64,000 nt of DNA, from the NCBI GenBank assembly GCA_046704665.1, contig JBJKRJ010000048.1:28829-92828 (forward strand), read 5' to 3'. This document shows positions 15,994 to 23,159 of the stretch, in pieces. Each line of letters begins with the position of its first letter. Position 1 is the stretch's first letter. Below the pieces are notes generated by a model. The model did no database searches. It worked only from the letters and a program-made list of their open reading frames with translations, and was not told the origin of the DNA. Position numbers and translations under genes: made by a program. The DNA is from Thermoplasmata archaeon (lineage in GTDB: Archaea > Thermoplasmatota > Thermoplasmata > Lutacidiplasmatales > UBA184).

Positions 15994-17298
15994 TCAGCCG
16001 ACCCGCTCCCAGCGTTCGAGCTTCTGGACCGCGTTCAGGGTCGAGCCCCGCTGGATCTCCTCGCGCACGCGGTTCTCGTGCTCGAGTACGTCGAGGGCCC
16101 GGTTCGCGATCTCCGCCGCCCGCTCGCGCGGGACCACGACGAGGCCGCTCGCGTCCCCGACGACCCAGTCGCCCGGTCGGACCTTCTGGCCCCCGACCAC
16201 GACCTCGACCCCGATCTCCCCGTGTCCCTTCGGCTCCCCGGCGTTCGGGCTCAGGTTGCGACTGAACGCGGGAAACCCGAGATCGAGGATCGCGTCGATG
16301 TCACGGATCGCGCCGTCGATCACGACCCCGGCGACCTTGCGTCCGTGCGCGCTCCAGCTCGCGAGCTCTCCCCAGATCGCGGTCGACCCGCCGCCGGCGT
16401 CGATCACGATCACGTCGCCGGCACCGGCCCGGTCGATCGCCTCGACCGGCTTCGCCCAGTCGCCGTCCCGCGTGACGACCGTGACGGCCGGCCCGGCCAT
16501 GCGGACGGTCCGGTCCGTGAGTCGGGGGACGATGCCGACCATCGCGCCCTGCCGCTGCATCGCGTCGGTCACGTTCGGGCTCGAGACCTTCAGGAACGCC
16601 GCACGGACCTCCTCGCCGGCGTAGCGGCGGAAGAGCTCGGTCGCGACCTCCTTCTGGGTCGCGATCGCCTGCCGGATCCGCTCGGTCGCCTCGACGATCT
16701 TCGGGCTCTTCGTGATCGCTCCGCCGACGATGAGGATCTGCGCGCCGGCGCGGGTCGCCTCGGCGACCGTCTCGCTGTTGAGACCCCCCGCGACCGCGAC
16801 CGGGATCGGAGAGGCCCTCGCGAGCTCCGCGAGGACCGCGAACGGCGTCTTCGCCGCCATCTGCATGTCGATCCCGACGTGCCAGCAGACCGCGGCGGCG
16901 CCGAGCTCCGCGGCCCGCTTCGACCGCGCGACCGGATCGGGCACGCCGAGGAGATCGACCACGACCTCGGCCCCGTAGAGCTCGCCGCCCCGCACCGCCT
17001 CCGCGATCGTGTCGTCGTCGGAGGCGCCGAGGACGGTGACGAGGTCGGCGCCCGCCTTCGCGGCGATCTCGACCTCGAAGGCCCCGGTGTCCATGACCTT
17101 CATGTCGGCGACGATCCGGCGGTCCGGGAACGCCTTCTTGAGTTCCCGGACGGCGTCCAGACCCTCGCTCTTGATGAGCGGGGTCCCCGCTTCGACCCAG
17201 TCGGCCCCGCCCTCGACCGCCTCTCGTGCGGCCTGGAGGGCGCGGGAGAGGTTCTCGAAGTCCAATGCGACCTGAAGTACGGGTCGCTCGAGCCGCAT
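15994..17298 (-). CDS. Fusion protein: 3-hexulose-6-phosphate synthase domain (OMP-decarboxylase fold) plus an RraA/MenG-like domain.
   Basis: N-terminal half VALDFENLSRALQ..GADWVEAGTPLIK..IVADMKVMDTG is HPS-like. C-terminal half GDVIVIDAGGGSTAIWGELASWSAHGRKVAGVVIDGAIRDID is RraA-like. Total length 434 aa. Confidence 0.7.
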   Translation of the reverse strand: MRLERPVLQVALDFENLSRALQAAREAVEGGADWVEAGTPLIKSEGLDAVRELKKAFPDRRIVADMKVMDTGAFEVEIAAKAGADLVTVLGASDDDTIAEAVRGGELYGAEVVVDLLGVPDPVARSKRAAELGAAAVCWHVGIDMQMAAKTPFAVLAELARASPIPVAVAGGLNSETVAEATRAGAQILIVGGAITKSPKIVEATERIRQAIATQKEVATELFRRYAGEEVRAAFLKVSSPNVTDAMQRQGAMVGIVPRLTDRTVRMAGPAVTVVTRDGDWAKPVEAIDRAGAGDVIVIDAGGGSTAIWGELASWSAHGRKVAGVVIDGAIRDIDAILDLGFPAFSRNLSPNAGEPKGHGEIGVEVVVGGQKVRPGDWVVGDASGLVVVPRERAAEIANRALDVLEHENRVREEIQRGSTLNAVQKLERWERVG

Positions 17299-17351
17299 GG
17301 CCGCTCCGAGGGGGGCCCAGATAATAACGCGGTGGGGGGTGCGTCCCGATA

Positions 17352-18149
17352 GTGCCGTCGCCCGAGCCCGGTCAGTTGCGGCTTGTCCGGGGGGATGCCC
17401 GTCGGCCGGACCGGCTGCGGGAGCGGTCGGTGCACCTGGTCGTCACCTCTCCTCCGTACCCGATGATCCCTCAGTGGGACGCGCTCTTCCGTGCCCTGGG
17501 GGCGACCGATTATCCGGGAATGCTGAGGGTGCTCTCGGACGCCTGGCGGGAGTGCTACCGCCTGCTCGTCCCGGGGGGGATCCTCGCCGTCACCATCGGC
17601 GATGCGCTCCGCTCGGACCGGGGCGAGTTCCGCCTCTGGCCGAACCATGCCGAGACGCTGGTAGCCGCGACCTCCGCGGGGTTCACGCCTCTTCCGTACC
17701 TCCTCTGGAAGAAGCCGACCAACAAACCGAACGCGTTCCTCGGCTCCGGGTTCCTCCCCCCGAACGCCTACGTGACACTCGACTGCGAGTTCATCCTATT
17801 GTTCCGCAAAGGCTCGCTGCGCCGGTTCGCCGCCCACGACCCGGCCCGCGCGGCGAGCCGGTTCTCACGGGAGGAGCGGGACCGCTGGTTCTCCCAGATC
17901 TGGTCGGATGTCCGGGGCGCGCCGCAGGGTTCGGCCGGCGGACGCACCGGGGCGTTCCCGGACGAACTCGCCGAACGCCTCGTCCGGATGTTCTCGGTCG
18001 TCGGGGATACCGTCCTCGACCCGTTCGCCGGCACCGGTACGACGCTGTGGGCGGCGCTCCGTTGGGGCCGTCATGCGGTCGGGATCGAGTGGGACCCGGA
18101 GGTATTCCGACGGCTCAGGGCGACGGCGCGGGCTCGGGGCTACCGATAG
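17352..18149 (+). CDS. DNA methyltransferase, beta-class (SPPY motif, probably N4-cytosine or N6-adenine).
   Basis: Motif IV VVTSPPY lies near the N-terminus and the AdoMet motif I DPFAGTGTT near the C-terminus. This permuted order is typical of beta-class amino-methyltransferases. Confidence 0.8.
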   Translation: MPSPEPGQLRLVRGDARRPDRLRERSVHLVVTSPPYPMIPQWDALFRALGATDYPGMLRVLSDAWRECYRLLVPGGILAVTIGDALRSDRGEFRLWPNHAETLVAATSAGFTPLPYLLWKKPTNKPNAFLGSGFLPPNAYVTLDCEFILLFRKGSLRRFAAHDPARAASRFSREERDRWFSQIWSDVRGAPQGSAGGRTGAFPDELAERLVRMFSVVGDTVLDPFAGTGTTLWAALRWGRHAVGIEWDPEVFRRLRATARARGYR

Positions 18150-18687
18150 TAGGCTCGGGAGTCTCTTCGGTCGGCTCCGGGGACGGTGGCAATGGGGGCG
18201 GCCGCGCACGGCGGGGAGGAGGCGGTGAACGGTGGGCGATCTCCTCCTCGACCGCCGCTCTGAGGTACCGGAGGGCCGAGTCGCTGAGCCGGTCCATGTG
18301 CAAGAGCAGGTAGTGGAGATAGAGCCGCTCCGGACGATGGGAGGGTCCGGGAGGCCGGAGGGGACGGCCCTCCGCGTCGACCGGGGGTTGATGGCGCTCC
18401 AGCGTCTCCCGATGGTGCTCGTGCGCCTTCCCGTGGAACTCCCGTCCTGTCGGACCGACGAGCGGAGGGTAGAGGAGACCGATCGGGTCGTCCGGGTCCG
18501 AAAAATCGGGGTCCGGGACCGTGGGCGGTACCGGCTCGGCGTTCTTCTTGCGGAGGTAGGGATGGACGGGCCGTGCGGGGTCCTGGAGCTCCGAGATCGG
18601 TCGCCCGGCGACCTCCTCGACGATCGTCTTCAGGTTCCAGCTCGCCCGGCGGCGGGCCGGACCGTCCGCGGTGGCCTCGTCGCCCAC
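18115..18687 (-). CDS. Hypothetical protein, last gene of the transfer-like operon.
   Basis: 190-aa ORF starting 55 nt downstream of the VirB4-like gene on the same strand. Amino-acid composition is protein-like (contains K, Y, H, F), whereas the opposite-strand ORF is Arg-rich. No recognisable domain. Confidence 0.3.
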   Translation of the reverse strand: MGDEATADGPARRRASWNLKTIVEEVAGRPISELQDPARPVHPYLRKKNAEPVPPTVPDPDFSDPDDPIGLLYPPLVGPTGREFHGKAHEHHRETLERHQPPVDAEGRPLRPPGPSHRPERLYLHYLLLHMDRLSDSALRYLRAAVEEEIAHRSPPPPRRARPPPLPPSPEPTEETPEPTIGSPEPAPSP

Positions 18688-18741
18688 GGAAGGCCACCGG
18701 CGGCTTCGGCCGTATAAACCTCGCTTTCGACGGGCAGACGG

Positions 18742-20406
18742 TCAGCCCGGGGGCCGTGGGTCCTCTCCGAGGGTCCGGGTGAGAAGCTCGTACTCGGGGG
18801 TCGAGGCGACGATCGCGAGGGGCAGGTGGAGCTCTCCGACCCGCCAGAGCGATTCGGAATAGCCGGCCTCCCGCGGGAGACGGGCCTTTGGGAGCCACTC
18901 CGCCTCCGCGGTCGTCAGGCCGAAGAAGTCGCGGCAGGCGCCCGAGACCTCCGGGAGCCGGAGGAAGGCACTCGCGTAGAGGTTCCGGAGGAGGGAACGG
19001 CCGGCGGCATGCCCGAGGAAGTCGTCCGGGTTCTGGCTCAGGAGAAGCACCCCGGCCCCGAAATGGCGGAGGTGGCGCACGACCCGGTCCAGGAACTCGG
19101 CGGTCGCGATGTGGTGCGTGAGGAGGTGGGCCTCGTCGATCAGGAGGAGCTTCGGCCCCGGCCTTCCCCGGAGGCGCCCGTACGCCCAGTCGAGCAGATA
19201 GGCGAGGTGGAACGGGAGCTGGTCCTCGGCGACCCCGCGGAAGTCGACGGAGACCGGCCCGTCGGCCAGGGCGAGGGTGGTCGGCCCGTTGAGGGTTCGG
19301 AGCGAACCGGAGCGGAAGACCTCGAGGAGCGTGGCGAGCCGGTCGGCGGGACGTCCCGGCTCGTCGAGGAGTCGGTAGAGCTCCTCGAACGTCGGCCCCT
19401 CCCCGCCCTCCGCGTAGAGCCGGGAGACGGCCGTGTCGAGCCGGGCGGCCTCCTCGTCGCGCAGGCTCGGAAACAGGGCGCGGAGCATCGCCCCGACGCG
19501 GGCCGCCTTCTCCCGGCGGTCGCCCCCGGTCGTCGCGGGGTCGAGCGGGTTCAGCCGGCCTGCGTCCGCCTCCGCGAGCCTAACGACCGAACCCCCGAGC
19601 GCGCGGACGAGCGCTCCGAACTCCCCAAGCGGGTCGAGGATCACGAGGTCGGTCTCGGGCCGCAGCCAGCGCGTTCGGAGCGCGAGCAGGGCCGCCGAGA
19701 ACGACTTCCCCGATCCGGTCGTTCCGAAGATCGCCCAGGAGTAGCTCGCGTGGTCCCACCGGTCGAGGAAGACCGGGCTCGCGTCGGAGAGGGCGAGGCC
19801 GACCAGCACGCCGTTCGATTCGAGGACCGTCTCGTCGGCGAACGGGAAGAGGGCGGCGATCCCGTCGGTGGGAAGCGTCTGCCAGTAGCCGGACGGACGG
19901 GACGACGCGGGGTGGAACTCGGGGGCTGCCATCGCCTCCCGGACCTCGTAGCGGGGGATCCTCGTGCGGAATCCGAACGTCGTGAGACGCTCCGAGAGGC
20001 GGGTACGCAGGGCCTCGAGCCGGGGCCGTGAGGAGGAACGCACCGTCCAGCGGAGACCGACCTTCCAGAGCTCCTGCGTCCTACGGGCCACGGCGCGGCC
20101 GAGCTCCTCGGCGGAGTCCCGCTCGATCTCGAGCTCGGCCGCGCGGCCCCCCGGATCCCCCGCGCGCAGCTCGGCCTCGGCCACCGCGCGGGCGCCGTGG
20201 AGGATCTCGAGGGCGCGGACCGGCGGGATCCGGTGCGCCTCGACCCAGAGCTCGACCGGTTCGGTCGTCGTGAGGACGCGCCCCAAGAACCCGAATGGGA
20301 GCTCGGGAGGGAACTGCCGGATCAGGACCGGGGCCCGGTAGTGGCGACCGATGCGGATCCAGCTGGCCCCCTCCACCGCCCGAGGGATCGACGGGCGCGC
20401 CGTCAT
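18742..20406 (-). CDS. VirB4/TrbE/CedB-like conjugation-type ATPase.
   Basis: Walker A FGTTGSGKSF and Walker B LLLIDEAHLL. The N-terminal domain has the VirB4-like pattern YRAPVLIRQFPPELPFGFLGRVL. Start ATG at 20406-20404 overlaps the stop of the upstream small membrane gene (ATGA). The longer track ORF N-terminus is R/P-rich and discarded. Confidence 0.75.
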   Translation of the reverse strand: MTARPSIPRAVEGASWIRIGRHYRAPVLIRQFPPELPFGFLGRVLTTTEPVELWVEAHRIPPVRALEILHGARAVAEAELRAGDPGGRAAELEIERDSAEELGRAVARRTQELWKVGLRWTVRSSSRPRLEALRTRLSERLTTFGFRTRIPRYEVREAMAAPEFHPASSRPSGYWQTLPTDGIAALFPFADETVLESNGVLVGLALSDASPVFLDRWDHASYSWAIFGTTGSGKSFSAALLALRTRWLRPETDLVILDPLGEFGALVRALGGSVVRLAEADAGRLNPLDPATTGGDRREKAARVGAMLRALFPSLRDEEAARLDTAVSRLYAEGGEGPTFEELYRLLDEPGRPADRLATLLEVFRSGSLRTLNGPTTLALADGPVSVDFRGVAEDQLPFHLAYLLDWAYGRLRGRPGPKLLLIDEAHLLTHHIATAEFLDRVVRHLRHFGAGVLLLSQNPDDFLGHAAGRSLLRNLYASAFLRLPEVSGACRDFFGLTTAEAEWLPKARLPREAGYSESLWRVGELHLPLAIVASTPEYELLTRTLGEDPRPPG

Positions 20407-20780
20407 CCGCCTCCGATCGGACGGACGGGCCCGGAGGGCCGACGCCGTTCCGCAAGCCAGAGCGGCACGACCGCGAGCGTCACGAGGAGGCCCCGGAACG
20501 GGAGGAGCTCCGCGCCCGGATATCCATACACGAACGCTCCGCCGGCGAGAAGGCCCAGCGCGAGGAGGCGGTCGGGACGGACGAGCGCGGTCCATCCTCC
20601 TCCCCGACGGGCGATCATCGAAGCCCAGCCCGCCAACGCGAGCGCGGCGAGGGTCCCCGCGAGCGCGGCGAGGAACGGCTCGAGCACCGAGAGCGCCCCG
20701 GCCACCAGGCCGACGCCCATCGCGCTCCCGAAGACTTCGAACTCCATCGGGGGGAACCGGACGGACCGGGGGTCGGTCAT
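20403..20780 (-). CDS. Small membrane protein (about 3 TM helices), VirB3/CedA2-like by position.
   Basis: 125 aa and hydrophobic. Its start and stop both overlap the neighbouring genes, indicating translational coupling immediately upstream of the VirB4-like ATPase. Confidence 0.5.
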   Translation of the reverse strand: MTDPRSVRFPPMEFEVFGSAMGVGLVAGALSVLEPFLAALAGTLAALALAGWASMIARRGGGWTALVRPDRLLALGLLAGGAFVYGYPGAELLPFRGLLVTLAVVPLWLAERRRPSGPVRPIGGG

Positions 20781-21559
20781 TCCCTTGCCTCCGCGGCCGA
20801 CCAGCCGATCTCACGGGCGGCCTCGATCAGTCCCCGACCCCGCAGGCGCACCGGCCGAAGGCCGAGGTTCGTCAGCCGCTCCTCGAGCGAGACGATCTCC
20901 GTCTCGAGCCGAGCCCGGGCCTCGGCGCCCCCCGAGCCGACGCCGACCACGAGGTAGATCTTCCGCCGGAACCGACGACGACAGAGCAGTCCGACGAGCT
21001 CCGAGTAGCCGGCACGCGCGGGGGCCTCCTCGCTCCGGCGGTCTTCGGGGGCGGGAAGGAACGGTGCGGTCCGGATCGATCCCAGTGTCGCGAGGAAGGC
21101 GATGCGTCCGTCGGTCGCCCGGAGGAGCTCGCGGAACAGCTCGAACCGACGGGCGAGGTCCGAGGGAGGAAGATAGGTGATCGGAATGCCTCCGGTCCGG
21201 ACGACGGCGACGTGGTCGGCCGGTCCGAGCTCCAGAAGACCGCTCCGCGCGGACCGTCCCGGGCGAAGGCCGCTCAGGAGGATCCCTCCCGCGGTCGCGT
21301 GCCCTTGCCATCGGAGGAAGGCGAGGAGGCGCTCCTCCCAGGACCGGCCGTCCGGACGCCAGACGGCGGCGACGAACCCGACGGCCACGACCGCGAGTCC
21401 CGCGGGGAGGCTCGCGAGCTCGGCGAGCGCCGCCCCCGCCGCGGCGTAGCAGAGGAACTTGAGGGCGTCCTGGGCCGAAGGGAACGGTCCGAGCCGAAGG
21501 CGACGGTCGATGCGCTCCGGGAGCGCGACCACGGGGAGGCCGTCCGCACCGGCCGCCAT
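20777..21559 (-). CDS. Membrane-anchored protein (N-terminal TM plus soluble domain), possibly VirB8-like.
   Basis: Start placed at ATG 21559-21557, 4 nt after the stop of the upstream gene. The track ORF start at 21655 would overlap the upstream gene by 92 nt. There is one hydrophobic helix (FLCYAAAGAALAELASLPAGLAVVAVGFVAAVW) followed by a ~200-aa soluble region. Confidence 0.45.
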   Translation of the reverse strand: MAAGADGLPVVALPERIDRRLRLGPFPSAQDALKFLCYAAAGAALAELASLPAGLAVVAVGFVAAVWRPDGRSWEERLLAFLRWQGHATAGGILLSGLRPGRSARSGLLELGPADHVAVVRTGGIPITYLPPSDLARRFELFRELLRATDGRIAFLATLGSIRTAPFLPAPEDRRSEEAPARAGYSELVGLLCRRRFRRKIYLVVGVGSGGAEARARLETEIVSLEERLTNLGLRPVRLRGRGLIEAAREIGWSAAEARE

Positions 21560-21563
21560 CCCA

Positions 21564-22724
21564 TCACGAACCTCCCTTACGGATCGGACCCCACCGCTTC
21601 GCTTCGGACGGGCGACGCGTCGGTCCCGGCGTGGAGCCGCCGGTCTTCCGCGCATTGCGGGTGACGTGGCGCAGTAGGTGAAGGGCCCCCCGGCCGATCA
21701 GCTCGCCCGCCGCGAGAGGGGCGGCGGCGGGAAGTGCCGCGGACCCGGCGGCCCGCACCGTCCCCGAGATCGTGGAGCCGATCGCCCCGCTCGTGCGTGC
21801 GCTCTCGGCGATCGGCCGGAAGCGTGCCACGGCACCCGAGGGGGCCGCCGCGCCCCCGCGCGTGACCGCGCCTCCCATGGTGGCTCCCGCGCCGGGGAAG
21901 CCGAACGAGACCAGTTGGGTGCCGGCGAGCGAGAGCAGGTACGGGGAGGCGACAGCGGCGCTGAGGTACCCGACGAGGAGGACCGGGTTCGGACTGCCGA
22001 CGGCGAGCTCGAGCGGGACCACGAGGACGCACGGCAAGAAGACGAGCTCGACGAACAGGAGCCAGGCGCGGCGGGCGAGGGTCGAGAGCGGGCGGAGGGG
22101 CCAGAGAAGGGTGAAGATCGGTAGCACGACCAACAGCACGGCGAGGAGGGCGTCCCGGACCCCGATCGCCAGGATGAGGGCGAAGACCGCCAGGAACTCG
22201 ACCACGGCCAGAAGGAAGGCGAGCGCGCCATTGTCCCACGAATAGCGGAGCTCTCCCCAGCCGGCGAGGTGGACCCACTGCTGCCAGGCCCCCCCGTCCC
22301 AGCCGGCCATCACCGGGAAGAGGGCGCCCCCCACGGAGAGGAGCGCCGCGGCGATCGGCACCGTGAAGTTCGCGCCCACCACTCCGACGACGAGCCGGGG
22401 CAGGAGCGAGTCGAACGTCGCGGCCCAGCGGGCGACGAGCGGCTTCGCGAGGTAGAGGCATGCGATACCGAGGGCGAGGAGGGTCGCCGCCGGATCGACG
22501 ACGTTCGCGAGCGTGTATGTCGAGAAGTGGGCTGCCGTCGCGAGGTAGTTCGAGGGGTCCGACCCGGGGGCGAGGACCGACGGATAGAGCGCCCCGACCT
22601 TGAGCTCGGGCACGAGGAGGTTGTCGTACGTCGGCCCGGTGATCGCGACCACGATCGCCGTGAGATCCGCGAACAGGGCGAACAGGATCGCCCGGATGAC
22701 CACCGTCCAGTCGATGCCGAGCAC
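21564..22724 (-). CDS. Polytopic membrane protein, VirB6/TrbL/CedA-like by architecture.
   Basis: 386 aa with at least 7 hydrophobic segments. The alternative-frame ORF 21577..22743 is R/G-rich and rejected. Confidence 0.55.
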   Translation of the reverse strand: MLGIDWTVVIRAILFALFADLTAIVVAITGPTYDNLLVPELKVGALYPSVLAPGSDPSNYLATAAHFSTYTLANVVDPAATLLALGIACLYLAKPLVARWAATFDSLLPRLVVGVVGANFTVPIAAALLSVGGALFPVMAGWDGGAWQQWVHLAGWGELRYSWDNGALAFLLAVVEFLAVFALILAIGVRDALLAVLLVVLPIFTLLWPLRPLSTLARRAWLLFVELVFLPCVLVVPLELAVGSPNPVLLVGYLSAAVASPYLLSLAGTQLVSFGFPGAGATMGGAVTRGGAAAPSGAVARFRPIAESARTSGAIGSTISGTVRAAGSAALPAAAPLAAGELIGRGALHLLRHVTRNARKTGGSTPGPTRRPSEAKRWGPIRKGGS

Positions 22725-22739
22725 CGCGTGCCTCCGCGC

Positions 22740-23159
22740 TCACGAGCCCGTCAGCACCCAGTGGGCCAGCCCCCAGAACAACCCCGTCACCGCGGCGGTG
22801 AAGAGCAGCGTCCCGACCAGCGCGTCGCGGGCCCGGTCCTTCGCCTGCACCTTCTTCGTGATGTCGTTCGAGAACCAGCTCAACGCGACGCGGGCCCAGA
22901 CGAGGGCGAGGATCCCGCCTCCGGCGAGCCCGACCAGATCGACGAGCCGGTTGATCGCCGCGGTGAAGTTCCCGACGGCGGAGGAGGTTCCGGTCACCGA
23001 GGCCCCGTGGACCGCCGGTGCGACCGCGGTGGCGCCCGCCGTCCCGCTCGACACGATGAGAAGAAGGACGAACCCTACCGCCGTGGCCATCGCCGGGGAG
23101 GGCGCCCGCCGGCTACCATCCGCGAGCCGACCGGCTAGGAAACCTCGCGGGGAGACCAT
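22740..23159 (-). CDS. Pilin-like small membrane protein (VirB2/TrbC/CedA1-like).
   Basis: C-terminal 116-139 aa of the track ORF (start ATG 23159 or 23090). It has a leader, two hydrophobic helices (AVGFVLLLIVSSGTAGATAVA.. and ..LVGTLLFTAAVTGLFWGLAHWVL) and a basic loop KKVQAKDRARD. Confidence 0.5.
   Translation of the reverse strand: MVSPRGFLAGRLADGSRRAPSPAMATAVGFVLLLIVSSGTAGATAVAPAVHGASVTGTSSAVGNFTAAINRLVDLVGLAGGGILALVWARVALSWFSNDITKKVQAKDRARDALVGTLLFTAAVTGLFWGLAHWVLTGS

Noticed and set aside
18232-18717. 161-aa plus-strand ORF opposite the 190-aa hypothetical.
   Set aside because: It is Arg/Val/Gly-rich (antisense-like). The minus-strand partner has a more protein-like composition and operon continuity. 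Neither is strongly supported.
18826-20031. 401-aa plus-strand ORF inside the VirB4-like gene.
   Set aside because: It is an R/E/G/P-rich antisense artefact. Walker motifs are present only in the minus frame.
21577-22743. 388-aa minus-strand ORF in an alternative frame of the polytopic membrane gene.
   Set aside because: It is Arg/Pro/Gly-rich and non-hydrophobic. The 21564..22724 frame yields the membrane protein.
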